From: Chrysomallon squamiferum | Taxonomy: Eukaryota; Animalia; Mollusca | Length of the DNA: 64,000 bases | Reading direction: 5' to 3' | NCBI GenBank assembly: GCA_012295275.1 | Contig: CM022669.1 | Span: forward strand, 186,001 to 250,000 | In this document: positions 12,395-41,263 of the stretch, in pieces | Position numbering within the stretch: the stretch's first letter is position 1 | Layout of the letters: each line of letters begins with the position of its first letter | Translations under genes and position numbers: made by a program | Notes under the pieces: model-generated | Databases searched by the model: none | Seen by the model: only the letters and a program-made list of their open reading frames with translations | Told to the model about the DNA's origin: nothing

Positions 12395-13275
12395 TGCAAT
12401 TAAAGAACACTCAGATGCTTGTTGAAAGAAAAATACTTTCTCACAATATTAATGGTAGCTGCTGTTTATCTAACCAAAATGGGAATTCATCTGAAATAAA
12501 TATATAAAGTTCTCTGAATTTACATGTTACAATAATTTAAAAATATTATTATATATTTTACCTTTACAGTTTAACTTTACTGTCCATCTGTTCATTTTTA
12601 ACTCCATATTTTTCGTGTCGCATTGTTTATTTATTAATAAAAATCGAAGATAAATATAAAGATATATCGACGGTTTAGAGCTAAAAGGTCTTAAGTGCAT
12701 AAATATATATAAGCACTAAAGACCTTCTGGCTCTAACCCCATGAATATATTCTTTTTTCGTAAATCAGATTAGCTCTTACATACATACTACAACTACCAG
12801 TGTACACCACAGCACTCTACTTTAATATAATAATTCACAATAACATTATTGAAACAAAATCATGATAATGTTATTTGCTTTACCATTTACGTACCCATCT
12901 CCTTATACAGTCTGCTAAAAACCTAACTTGTGCTTTTTCTATCCTTAGCGCATACAATACGAATACCTATTTTTACTTGATTCTTGAGAGCAATTCCACA
13001 TTTTATATAACCCATAAAAATAAATCAGCGCATATAGTTGTTGTTGTTTTTGTTTAGTAAAAAACCTCTTAGTCGAATTATTTGAAAGAAAGAAATTTTA
13101 AATACATTCAAATATTTTCATTGGAAATTGTTTAAAAGAACTGTGTTTTGTAATTCTTCAATTAATTATGTCGAGACTTTGCGAGATTTGACCTGCAGCC
13201 ATATTTTGATTTGTATGTCTTCGCGACCGAAACGATGCACTTGAATATAAGGAATTTCAAAAAAACGTTTCCGAC

Positions 13276-27515
<14,240 letters not shown>

Positions 27516-29610
27516 CCAAAGTGTTTATAGGTGAATGTTGTTTAGTCATCTTGAAATTGTTTTTACATTTTTCACCTGTTAGAGCCTCTGTGGCAAATGC
27601 AGTTAACAACAGTATTAAGATGTAAATTTATTGTTGACAAGTCAAAAGTGTGTGTTTCTGTGTAAAAGGCTATTGGACATTTTAAAAAATAGATATAAAA
27701 TGTTTCATGGTTATGTTAATAACTTGTGAAAAAATGTGATTGTTTATAGATAAAATGTACACTTTCTTGTTATTACATCTGACTCTGCACCATTAAAGTC
27801 ATCTATAATTGTATGTAGATAAATATAATTCTATTGATTGGTGTGAAATGGTGGTCAGCTGCTTTTTGCATACATAATTTGTCTATTCGAATGTCCTACT
27901 GGACTTCATTCTTCTGCCACTAACGAGAATGTCAATTAAGCTGTTTTATTTCTTTCATTCTTTAAACAAAAGGGGAAACAAAAAACTAATTTATATCATA
28001 TTACATGCAACATTAGAATTGTTTTCTGTATGTTTATTTGTTGCATCTGTATCATGTTTTGTTTATTATATTTAAGAGAAACAAATTTTCTTCATATCTG
28101 TCCATGGTTTACAGCAGATTCTTCATTTAACTTTTTTATATATAAATAATTTAATGTATCACAAGTTGGGATTCATATTTTTATCTTATGATCTAAATGT
28201 TGAATAACTGTTTTTGTATTCGGTTTAGTTATTGTAATGGACTCCAAACGTACCTCTTTTTGTGATCTAGTCCATACATTCCCAATTTAAATTAATAAAT
28301 AAAAATTAATGAAGATGACAGTAATGATAATTTAAAGATATTTTGCTACAATTGTTTTGGGGGTTTTTGGGGTTCTTTTTTTTACACAGTATGTGCAAGT
28401 ATATTTACAGTTTATATCAAAGTTTTGATTGTATTAATGAATAAATTTTTAAAATTATAATTCTTAGTAATTTATTTGAATGTTAAAAGTATCAAATATG
28501 TCATCCACAGCAGCCCAATCTGTGATAAAAAAAAAAAAAAATTTTTTTTTTTTCCTTTACGTCAGATTATATTCATATTTTGTTAAGTATGTTTTAATAT
28601 ATATAGAATAAAAGTGCAATTGAGTATTTTTATTTTATTTATTTATTTATTTTTACTTTTATTGTTTTAGTATTCTGCACTAGCGACCATTTGATATATT
28701 TTATGTGTGAATTACTAGTGAAACAATCTTTGTATGAAATTGACTTATGAATTTTAATTTCTCTTTATGATTTATTCCTCAACTGAAATTAATATAAACC
28801 ATAAAGGGAAATAAATGTCAAAATGTGACCAGTTTTCTTTTGTAAGAACAACAGTAATAACATATCATAAAAGAAATTAAAAATGTATATATTTACAACC
28901 TTATCATGGAAATGATCAAATACAGAATGTAAAAATTCAAGTTGATTATAATAAATGTATCATTATAACTTTTGAAATGTGTTACAATAATTTTATTCTC
29001 TTTTTAATTAATTGCGAGTGCTTTACTATGTTTTTGTTAATAAACTTGAGTGGTTTATTGATGATAATGCTGAGAAATAAGGTTTGGTGTGCCAAATGTT
29101 TACAGTTCTTTTAATCTCTGTTAAATACATGGATTATAAAAAAGTTCTGCTACTGTAACAGAGGATATGACTAATAAATATTTAAAAACTTAACCTGTAC
29201 AAAAATGCTTTTATAAAAAATAAATAAGAAATTTTGTATGTTAATGCAAAACTGAACAAATTATTAACATGCTTATTTTCATTAAAAAAAATAAAAACAG
29301 TTTAAATTTTTTTCTTCTTTTTTTTCTTAGAAATAAATGTCTTAGCAAATCATAAAAAAAGTCACTCAGTCTCATGACCATGAATTTGGAATATTTATAG
29401 ATGGTTCAACATGTAATAAATGTGTCAGTTATATTCAGCAACATAAGTTTTATTTATATCATTATCCTGCAAACAAATATATTATTATTTTGTTGTTTTT
29501 ACAGCTATTTATTATATAATTATTTAGAAAATTTATAAAAGTGATTTTAAATTTTAAAACTGCTGTTTTGTTTTCTTTAGTTTTTTGTAGTTTTATTTTG
29601 AATTTTTATA

Positions 29611-30315
29611 CAGTGGTACCTTGACTTACGAGTGCAATAACTTATGAGTTTTCCAAGATTATGAGCACTTGCCCAGTTGATTTTTTGATTTGACTTGTGA
29701 GTCAAAATCCAATTTACGAGCAATTTTCAGATACACCAGCATCCTGTCTTCTTTGTTTACTTCACGTGGTTACCTCACAGCGGAAGCATCTCTGTTGTGT
29801 TGTGCTCAAGTTTTGTGTAGTATTTTGCCAAATTTCTTTTTTCAGACCGGGCAAAGGACAGTGCTAAGAAGAAGAAGTGGATGAGGTCCATTAAGTTAAA
29901 GCATAACATTATAGAAAAACATGAGCGAGGTGTGCATATAGTCAACTTGACTAGACAATACAAGCATAGTACTTCTACGATATATACCATACTGAAGCAG
30001 AAGGAGTCGATAAAGGCTTAACTCCAGCCAAAGGCGTTAAAATAATTTGTCTGATTTCCAAGATAAATATACTTTACAAAACTAATTTATTTCTTTACAT
30101 TCTCTTTTATTTTATTTTTATACAATATTTGACACTTATAAATACATTTTTCTTATTTAATAACACATTACAAAAAATTATGTGGTTTTGGGGAGCTGGA
30201 ATGGATTAATTGTATTTCAGTTAATTTCAGTTGGGGAAAACATTTCATATATGAGCAAATAGAGTTATGTGCTCGGTCACAGAATGAATTAAACTTGTAA
30301 GTCAATGTACCACTA
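29611..30315 (+). mobile_element. Tigger/pogo-type deletion derivative
   Basis: TA|CAGTGGTACCTTGACTTACGAGT left TIR; ACTTGTAAGTCAATGTACCACTA right TIR; N-terminal HTH fragment KKWMRSIKLKHNIIEKHERGVHIVNLTRQYKHSTSTIYTILKQKESIK at ~29872-30015. Confidence 0.85.
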
Positions 30316-31003
30316 CATTTTGTTTCTTTGAACAGACTTATTTTATTAAGGTTTGTTTTAACATTGTTCCAGTTTGGACCTTATTTTCTTATCTCAACCA
30401 AAACTATGACAGTTTTCAGGGTGGATTTTACTTAAATAATGAACAGATATGGCTAAATTCAAATGGTGTGAATCAGGCTTGAGGTTAGCTGAGACTAGGA
30501 TCACTCAACAGTCCTTCAAGTGGGTTGTATGCCATTCGTGCCAGTGATTTAGTAATATTAAAAGAACTGCTGTTTAAACCCTGAACGTCTAATATATTAG
30601 TTTAAAAACTTCATAACACATCAAGAATAAATAGTTTTCATTTTCTTTTTTTTTTTGTTTAATTACTTTAATTCATTTGTGAGTCAGACAACAATTTGAA
30701 TTAAATTAACTATTAGACCATATTGACTTATATCTGATTATTTTTTTTAACTAATCAGGTGCTTCAATTATTTTAACTCTTAAGACTTGTTCTGAATTAA
30801 TTACATCTCACATGAACTAAACTTAGATTATTGACTGAACTGGTATCTGAACAGAACTGTTACATTTTTCTTCCACCAGACAGTTCACTGATCTAAGCAT
30901 ACTCTAGCTGATGTGGACAAATAAAGTTCTTTCTGATCAGCCCATCCTCACACATTTGAGCAGATTTCAGTAACATCAGTTTGTGAAAATATGGAATGAT
31001 TGC

Positions 31004-34000
31004 TCAGGCTAAACCCTCAAACATGGACAACATATGTCGTTCTACTGCATGCTTAGCTGAGGAAAAAAAATAGAAACTATTTGTCAGTTTTTAAACATTA
31101 AGAATGGACAGAAACTACATACGCAACATGTCATAATATTGTTCTTAGGTAGAAGTGCACACACACTTAGAGACAAAGACAGTGATGTGAACACAAAACA
31201 TAACAGTTTTACTAAATCAGCGTGAAGCCCAACTTCAGATATATATATATATTCAGACAGATATGATATTTGATGGGTTAGATCCTTTACTATGGATCTT
31301 GATAGTATTTATATGGATCTTTCACATCAATGCATAAAGATTAACAGGTTCTGGGCCACTGCATACAACATGCATTTGGGATACAGAATATTAAATTTGT
31401 CCCTAGAATCGAAAGGAAAATAACTTCCAAAGTAATAATAATAATAATTACTTGCTTTGTTGTCCTGTCCAACTGCAAGGTCATATGCTGTCATGTGGTC
31501 CTCATTTTGTACAGTCAGGTCAGCTCCAAACTCGAGCAATGTCTTCACACAGGCTGCATGGTTGTTGAAACATGCATACATCAAAGCTGTACTGCCACTC
31601 TAAAATGTAGACACACAATACATTATCATTTTTAATTAATTTGGATCACTGGCAGCCATTCATGTTTCTAAGGGAAGCAAGAAATATAATTAATATGCAG
31701 TTGTTCTGTGATCCACTATGTGTACATACTAAATTAAATTTTTTCATCTTAAGCCAAAATAAAATACAAACTGAACAGGGAGTGGGCTGTACATTACAAT
31801 CAACAATTAATAATAATACTGTTATTTAATAAGTCATTCTTTCATTCAAGTGAAAACATAAAAATACTGCTCCTACTTCATCTACACAGTTCACATCCAT
31901 GCCTTGCTGAAGAAGTAATTTCACAATTTCTCTGTATCCATAACAACTGGCTAGCAACAAAGCATTTTCTCCATTTTTCCCATTCAGATTGATATCAGCT
32001 TTGCTCTGAACAAGAAACTCAACTGTGGGCGTCTGGCCATTGGCACAAGCCCAGTGAAGAGTTGTCAAACCCTGTTCATCAGTCTTGTTGACATCACAAC
32101 CTAGAAAATATTAGATAATATACAAGACATTTTGAAAAAAAGCAGAAAAGCATATATATACTTAGTGTGTGTTTTTAAGTGGCTTTATATATAGAGATTG
32201 CAAGCCTGATACTCAGTAGGCCATCTTCCTCTGAAACCATTGTCCAATTTATTAAAAACACCTAGAAAATATTTTAAATATTGGCATTCAGAAAAAATTG
32301 TCAGCTGATTGCAAAGCTTATTTATTTGAATTCAGATCTTTTCTGTTACCAGTTCCCTATGTCTGACTTATCAAAATCCACTTTAAGTCTTCTTTCACCA
32401 GAAAGTACAGAGCCAAAATCTAATATTAAATTTTCACTAGTGACAATATACAGGGAGACTTGACTTACTGAGCTGAGACAATCTAAATGTTAATAAGTAA
32501 TGCAGTTCATGCCAATGTTGATTTGAACAGGGTGAATGACTGATGAACAGGAGTCATTTTAAAGATTTGAAATGTTCATTTATTAACAATCAATAGAAAT
32601 AGTCAAATATCTTTATAATATTAATATATAACTGTACTTTAGAAAATTTTGAAAGCTATTTCTGCTATAAACAGAAGTTTTTAAATAATCTGATAAAAAA
32701 CTTTTTAAAAATACATGAGACAGAATATTTATTAGTTTCACCATCATTAATCTCCTGCTGCAACATGACAAGTTCTCCTTGTGCTGCCATCTGGTGGATA
32801 CTAATATCTGAAAAAGAAGGTAATAATAATAATAAAATAAAAATATAAACAGTGATATATAATTAAATTAATGCTATCTGTCAGGCAAATAATAAAAGGT
32901 GTTTAATTAAAGATCAATTAAACGGTTTTCAGATAATTAAAATGAAAATCCATGACACAGATACTGAACGTGACCTCTGTACAAAACATACACTGAGTCA
33001 CAGAAGGATAAAATAAAATTATTCTAATGCTGAAATTTGATTTTAAATATGTTTGATATATTTCAAAGACATAGCTTCCATTCAAAAAACATGCTTTAGC
33101 TTGATTATTTACATAGCAAAGGAGAAAATATTTTTAGAATTTGATCCATAAATGTAGTTCTTCTGAAAACTGTCACTCATACGAACTGTTCATTTGAGGT
33201 AAAACAAATACAAACGTTCAATAATGGAAGGTGTTGTGGTCTGAACATTTCCCCTTTGCAGATTTGTCATCACGGTAGAAGGCTGGAAAGATGAAAAAGG
33301 AATACAGATGTTACATTTTAGCACTGTGTAAACTATGAACCATTTAAGGTGGCTACAGTTTACAAGTAGAACAAAACAGAGAATATTAAATGTATCTTTT
33401 CGGGGTATTTTAGTAATAATAATGATGAAATGTATTTCAGAAAGTTTATGGACTATCTTTGTAGCATCACTATCAATTTTTACATCTTTGGAATTATCAA
33501 ACATCTCAAGTTTTTTGTTTGTTAGAATTGTAAGAATTAACATAGGTGTGATACATAGGTGTGATATGTATTAATGTGTACAGTCCGTTATAAATCTGTT
33601 ATGACTTACTCTAAATGGTGACATGACTGCCTTGCTTGGTGTTCTGTAACCTGCTGATTTGGAAGGTGATGGGTTGCTAAGGTGGATCTGAACAGCACCT
33701 GACAACACAAAAAACAATGTCCTGCAATTGAAACTATAGGTATAGATACAGTTTATAAATTAATTTAAAGAATGTTCAATAATTTTTTTTTATTTCATTG
33801 TGTTTTTCTGTGGGGTTTTTAAATTCCTGTTTAGAATCATGTTAACAGTAAATCTACAAAAATAATGTGGTTGTAAACTATCAACTGACATATTCCATTT
33901 TGTTATGGAAGAATTATTCTGAATAAGAATTTCTTTTTTAAATATTTAAAAAAATAATAAAAATAAATAATATAATTATTTATATACTAAATAGATACAA

Positions 34001-34511
34001 TATTGGTTATAAGCTTATGCTACATTATTTTAGCTCAATGTAATTTAAATTATTTTAATTAAAACAATGTACATGCATATATATGTGTTTATGTGGAAAA
34101 CTAATTGTGTTTGTAAAATATTCTGTTTTACTTAAGAATTATTCTGAATAAAAATTAAAAATATAATAATAATAATAATAAATTAATATAATTATTTATA
34201 TGTACATAGATGTTTCTTTACTAGCTTGTACATTAATTTAGGTGTGTGTGTATTACTATTATTATAATATGTAAATATTATATTAATATGTCATATTTGA
34301 CCTCTTTACCATCAACAAAGGCATTTTCTACTTCTAAGTCATTAAGTTCCTGGTCACTGTCTATTGGAGAAAAAAGATGACGTCCTGCAGAAGATATTCT
34401 TTTAACAGGAGATACACCTTTCCAGCTTGGATCCATAATTCTTCTAAATCTTTCTATCTGATCAGTGTCAGAAGAAGAAACCAATGAGGCAGGTTGATGA
34501 TTAAATTCCAT
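31004..34511 (-). CDS. ANKRA2: Ankyrin repeat family A protein 2 / RFXANK family
   Basis: Minus-strand exons 34511-34310, 33698-33610, 33282-33216, 32807-32742, 32100-31877, 31599-31452, 31056-31004 join in frame: SPFRPSTVMTNLQRGNVQTTTP...ISIHQMAAQGEL...DEQGLTTLHWACANGQTPTVEFL...GENALLLASCYGYREIV...TALMYACFNNHAACVKTLLEFGAD...AYDLAV...AVERHMLSMFEGLA*. Probably co-orthologous to vertebrate ANKRA2 and RFXANK. Confidence 0.9.
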
Positions 34512-36779
34512 GTTTAGATTTAAAACTAAATCACTGAATAAATAAAAACTGTATAATTATATATATATATATATATATATAATAATAAAACTACAACAAC
34601 AACATATGTACTTATGCTAAATAATATTTAAATTCACTGTTAATTGTCAAATGAAGATGTATTCTATACCAGTTAAAAGAATACCAATCCCAAACGTAAA
34701 ATTAAAAAACCTTTTTCAAGATATCTATAACAGTATGATACCACATTTCAAAGTTTTCCAAAATCTATTTTACATCTTATATTTTTAAAAATAAAGTCAA
34801 CCTTAAGTCACCAAATAGTTTTTTTCAAAAGATGTCATAATCAGATTTACATTATCTATTCAGTAAAGTTGGGGTTTTATGAAGAAGTTAATAGAGGTAC
34901 ACATATTGAGTTAAATACTGTTTTAGGTCTGTTTCAGTTGGTAGATGAACATGAGAGCCTGACTGAGTAAGAGTTGTGGTTTGTGAATAGGTAATTTTCT
35001 ATGATTTTGACATTTCCAACTTCAGACCACCTTCAAGTTATTGTTCCTTAGTGGTTATGTTTCACAAATTGGACATTACCACTTCACTTCAAATGACTGT
35101 TAATATATGAGGGTTATTTGTAAAAGGCAGGATGTGAGAGCAGATATATCTATATATTCCATTTAAACAATCTATTAAGCATAACTGACCAGTTTCGTTT
35201 AACCTTTCGTGCAACATAATCGCCTATCTTTATATTCAGTGAATCATGATTCAGTATCACAGATAAAAAAAGAAAAAGTGATTTCACATGCTATTACAGT
35301 ATTAGTATTTCCACAGAATCGTATTTTTTTGTCCACCCAGAATTAGTCAAATTTTCACTGAACAAAGTATGAATTTTTACTGTATATTCAAATAATAAAT
35401 AAATATTTTTCAAAACCATTTGGCATTTCAACCTCTGCCCTTTAATTTTAATATAAATATATTTGCATTGGCAAAAGTGCATTGTATTGTCAGCTTCGTA
35501 ATAATACTGAAAATGTTAAACAATTAACAATTTAACATTACTAAGGTGAACAGTCCCCTGGTACCTCATTTTCAGGTATGAGTTTCCCATATTTGCCACA
35601 CTGAAGTGAGGGTATAAGTGATGATCAGGTGAATCCTTGGAGCTGCATTTGTACATCAAATAATAAGAACTGGTGAGGATTGATTAACCCTAACTTAATA
35701 ATAAATTACATCATAAATGTTTCACACTTATATACCAACACACATTACTACCACCATCACAACAATAACTTTAGAAAAATCCTCACTATTACTACAACAC
35801 CATTATTATTATCACAAATATCTCCTCAGCATCATTATTACCAATACCATTAAAATTAATATATATCTTAATTCATTTACACTACCAGAACCATTATTCA
35901 AACAACCACTACACTATGAACAACACTACTTAAACCATCATCATCAATACCTCATCTGCACAACTACCAGTACCAAAACTACTAATGGTATCAACACCAC
36001 AACTAACAACTCATGACTGATATAACCATTACTACAACACCATTACTGAAAAAATAAAAATAAACAAAAATATATATTCTGTAGTAAATAAAAATAATAA
36101 AACAGATGACAATAATTTAACAAATAATTCAACAGTATATGAATTTAATCATAATCCATCTTCTATTATAATAAACAGATTTGTAAATAAGAAATAAATA
36201 TTTATTTATTTATAACTACATAAAGAATAAATATTAGGAAATGGACACAAAGACAGAGAGAGAGTGTGTGTGTGAGAAACAAAAATTACAGTTTATGAAC
36301 ATATAAAAAAAAACTAATTGTTTGTGTCTTTCATATTTTATGTCAATCCTGTTTATAATTCAAAAAATCAGAAGTATGAACCAATCTAACTCCTTAATTA
36401 AGGGGACAACTAATCTGAAATAAAACTTAATTAGTTTATTTGTTTTAATTAAAAATACATCTTTACCATGATTTTTAACATTTAAAGAAAATAATAATAA
36501 TAATAATAATAATAATCTTTAGTAAGTAAATTACTAAAATATATATAATATGATAAAATAAAAACAGTAATACTTTAATCTAAATTCATCTTTTAAATAA
36601 ATAAACAGATTCTGAAATAAGAAAAATTAATTATTTATTAACAACTTAATAAAGAATAAATTCTAAGAAACTGGGAAGAAAAAGAAAGAAAAATTAAAGT
36701 AGTTCCAAGTAATTATTTAGAGGTTTCCATAACGTATATTCATTCTTAATAATTTAGTACTCTGGATGAAAGAGAGGAA

Positions 36780-37150
36780 AATAGATACCAACTTCCGGAA
36801 TAATAATAAATATTAGCTAAAGTGAAGACTGAAATAAAGGCAACGAACAATTGCAGCCGCTGTGAAATCCGCGAACTATAACTCCAGCGGACATATATAT
36901 TTTTTATTATTCAAACAAATAGTTCCCAGTTTCTATAACAGTTTACACTTCTAAGATATCAAACATATTCACTTTTATGTTCGCTCAGTTTTGCAGTTTT
37001 GTGTACACACGTCGATGACCGTTGTGAAATCCGCGAACGATAACTCCAGCGAACAGTTTATCGCACGCCAGTACTTTCAAACAAATATTCGCCGTTTCAA
37101 TAACATTAACAGTTTAAACTTCTAAGATATAAAACATATTCACTTTTATT
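36780..37150 (-). promoter_or_regulatory. Probable ANKRA2 promoter with a tandemly duplicated module
   Basis: CpG patch; ETS-type ACTTCCGG (~36792); minus-strand donor G|GTATCT (~36788); two copies of TGTGAAATCCGCGAAC(T/G)ATAACTCCAGCG...CTTCTAAGATAT-AAACATATTCACTTTTAT starting at 36861 and 37023. Confidence 0.5.
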
Positions 37151-37478
37151 ATAAAATAAAGCATAACTGTTTCAGAACTATAGCTAAAATGAAATTTCAG
37201 ATATATAATGAAATTTGTTTTAAAAATATGGTGTTATATATCATTTCGCAGGATCAAAAGAAAGCAATCTGCATTATTGATGATTACAGTATTGTGTTTT
37301 TATCTTCAAACATCATCATGTAATTTCTGCTGCCTAAAAATCAAAAAGAAATATGCGTTTGTAAATTGTTCAGGGAAAATGTAAAAACTGAACCCTGTAC
37401 ATGTTACTTAGATAATGTTAAATATATTACATAGCAGAATTATAGGCCTGTATCAGAGAAAAACTCCAGAAAAGAGGT

Positions 37479-37800
37479 GTGTGTCTATGCGTTTATTTTA
37501 ATTATTATTTTGTTTATTCTTCATTTTTTTTTTTATATTCTATATTGCTCAGAAGAGATATTACGATTGTAAAACAATTTAGTAGAAAAAAAATTGCTTT
37601 GTATTGGGATGCTGCAGGCAGCATTGTTTGTAAGAATAAAGATGGTAAGCAAGTCTTTTACTATGAACTTGCTATAAAGCATTCAGTAAAAGGTAAAATG
37701 GGCAGCTATTATTAATAAACATCGAGCATTCCCAATAGTGTTATATTGGATTTGTAATTTCAGACATCCTGAAAAAAAACCTATTTGGATATAACAACAT
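37479..37800 (+). pseudogene. Decayed NOF/Foldback (Mutator-related) transposase fragment
   Basis: IALYWDAAGSIVCKNKDGKQVFYYELAI resembles the LxxDATGSxV...xxYYxLV motif I recall from NOF-FB-type proteins. It is followed by stops and frameshifted EHS...IVLYWICNFR. Ends not defined. Confidence 0.5.
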
Positions 37801-39586
37801 TTGCTGCCCTACACTGGAGTTCTTTTCATATGAGCCTCTTAGTTCCAAATAGAAAAGGGAGCGAATCATATTTGACACTATACAATAGTTAAACTTAATT
37901 TGTTGAAATAAACACATCTGTGGAATGCAACAGTTATAAAGTACCCATTGATTGGATTCATTGTTTTTCTGTATTTTGTAACTAGGTTACAACTACCCAT
38001 AGTATTCTAAACTTTGTTTCTTAATTCTGTTCAAAACAGTTTGCATTACATATGATATTCAGTAATCTAGGATGAGAACGACCAGAAATGATCAGTTAGA
38101 TTTTGGAATTGTTTAAAGTTTTTTCTAAGTAACCAAACCCCAAATGATGAGCCATTTTAGTCATTTTAAAGTTTTATTTATTTATTTATTTATTTGATTT
38201 CAGTTATTTAAAATGCACTTAACAATTCATTTTGTTTTTATTGTTATGTATTGTTGCAGGAGTTCTTATATCTATTATTATTATTATTATTATTTTGCAG
38301 GGGGATTTGAGACATGTTCTTTGTGTTGGGATTTTATTGTTATTTTATTAACTTTTGTTTTGGGTTTTGTTTTTTCAGAACACATTTTGGACAATGTTAC
38401 TAGTTAAAGATGCAAAAGTTTATCAGGATGGGGTGTTGTGTTTTTCACTTTCTTGATTTTCTTTTAAGAACGATAACTCTTGAATAGATGTAATTATGTT
38501 TTAATGCTTGTTAATATTTTATATCAGATTGTGACTGTTCAATGGTTGAAGATCATTATGAATACTAGATGACCTCATTATTAATAACATGCTGAACACT
38601 GTCAGATAACATCTGTGTTTGAAAAGTTTGTTCGAAGCAATGAGTAATATTTTGTTCCAAAATTGATTTCCATTATCATTTACATACTGTATGTTGAGAA
38701 TCTAACTGGAATGCAGTGATACAAAAATGGTCCTCATGATTGTAAATAACAAAAAAAATAAGACTGTTACAGTGATTTCATCACTCTCTAATTTAACCTC
38801 ATGCTGTTTTCATACACTTGTATTTACATTCATCAAAGGACTGTTTAAAAATAAAAAAAAATTTGGTTAATAAAAAAATTAACGTAATATAGAACATTAT
38901 TTTATACCCAACAAAAACAACAAACCTTGACAAAACTTGTTTTACTCATATATTACAGTTCTGTGATGCAATGTTTTCAATACAAAGTTGTAATTTTATT
39001 GATATCTGTACAGAAATAATTTTATATTACATTTATTAAATATAAATTCTGTAAATTCAACTGTTTAAACTATATTTTTATGTGAAATTATGTCAAAATA
39101 AATTGTTTTAAAATATGTTTTCTGTGTTATTTTCATAGAATTTTATAATCAAAGTTGACCATTCTGAATTAATATATTAAGGTGTGCATTAGGGAAACAG
39201 ATCAATTTTGATACGCTGGTGTGAGATTAACCTTGTGTATTACACTTGATGGACATGATGAAACTTCCTTAATGGATTAAGCTTTCTCAGTCTGGTGACA
39301 TACTAGAAACTCTAATTTATTAGGTGTCCAATTTTGAGGGGTTTGTTTCACTAGGGGTTTTTGGGGGGGGGTTGTTACAGAACTGGTATTTATTTACTTT
39401 TATTACAAATTGCTAACCTTATTGAACAGCATCAGGTGAGGCCAGAAATTAATTATTGGTTATTAATTAACAATTTGTAATTTGTATTTGTAATTTTTAA
39501 ATCTTAAGAGGAAATTTTCTAAAAATTGATAGATGATTTAATTAAATAAATTATTAAATACACTGAATAGTAAATCTTATTTTATT

Positions 39587-39629
<43 letters not shown>

Positions 39630-41263
39630 TTATTATTATTATTATTGTTATTATTATTATTATTATTTTTTTTTTTAAATAATAATTTTAGAAAAATGCA
39701 GAATTAAGTTAAATCTAAGTTAACATAACTATGATTTGAACAAATGGCCTTGGAGATTCAAAGTATATTGATATGGGTGACAAAATGTAGCAAAACCTAC
39801 ATAATTGTAAACAGAAAAAAAAAAAAAAAAAAATGATACAAACACTCCATAATTTGCAGAAATTTTTTAAAAAGACATTCTGCAACAACTGTTTGACCCT
39901 TGATCTTGCACTGGTCAATTAAAATAATAATAATAAATAAATAAATTTCAAATTACTTTATTATTATTTATTATTACTATATATAACTCTTCAGTCTTTC
40001 TTGCACAAACTCTATTGGAAATGCAGTGAACTTGCAGAAACTTCCAGATAGAATATCTTGTGAAATTTTTACCTACACTGAAAGTAAACATCTTGGACAC
40101 GGAAATGACTGTCTGCATCTTGAAGCTGAACACCAGTTTTTGTCCAGTATTCCATTTTCTCTTAACTTACAGTGTTTTTCCTTCCACATTCACTTTTTCT
40201 GGCTGCTAATGGTTAATTATGTGAATGGTAGTCAGCGAAGCTTGTGATCTTCATAATAAAAATAATTTCCTTCCCATCATGGAGTGAAAGCTGTTTATTG
40301 CCTTTATTAGGATCCATCATGCCAAAAATAAAATAATTATTTCTTTAAATATTAAATAAATAATAAATAAATGTTATTAATAACCACAAAATCATTTGAA
40401 GATTTTATTGTTAATCAGAATAAGTACCAAAAATTAATTATCTAAATTCTTTATTAACTAAAAATACTTCAAAATTTTAGTTCAAGTTATTGAAATCAAT
40501 ATAATAAATTTTTTCAAAAAAAAATTGATAGAAATGGATTGATAAAATAATAATAATAATAATAACAATAATAATAAAATAAATAAATCATATACTTTGC
40601 ACAGTAAATCATATACTATACAAAATTTGCAGGCATTCCACTTTTTTTCTTTTCTTTTTTTTAATACTGATTTTTTTATTCGGAGTAGATCCTGGTTATT
40701 AAACATCAGTGCTGGAATTGAAAATGAAAAACAATAGCAAATACTTCATTGATGACAACTTGTTCCGTTAACCAATCGATAACTCTTTGGCGTAACGGTT
40801 CTAAAAGTTCGCTGGCTTCATTTCAGTGGCTGGAATTGTTCGCTGCCTTTATTTCAGTTAAATATAACGAGGGGAAAATTAGAAATTTAAGAAATAACAG
40901 AACTGACAATAATTATGGCTCTAAAACTGTTTTTCAGCGTAATTTCAAGATAAATGTCGAACACACCTATGTTTTTTAATCTACCTCAAGGGCGAAACAA
41001 ATTAAGAACAAAAATAAAACAAGTAGAACTCTGAAAAGTGAAGTAAAAATTGTTTCGTTTACTATGACTAATCACATTCGATGATTCGTAAGATCAGCTT
41101 CCATTTTTGCAGATTAGCTGTACCGTGTACGCCTTGTTGGAGATTTAGATAATATCTATTACGTTAGACAGTCTATATTATCTTATTATTATTTCAATTG
41201 CTAACAAAAGGAACATAATTTGACCATTTCAGGTATTACTATTACTATTTGTATGGTCAAACA

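Noticed and set aside
35685-35694. TAACCCTAAC, resembling a telomerase RNA template
   Set aside because: AT-rich intronic context with no pseudoknot, CR4/5 or H/ACA domain downstream; a chance 10-mer.
35717-36016. 99-aa Thr/His-rich ORF
   Set aside because: Translation of degenerate CAT/ACC/ACT trinucleotide repeats.
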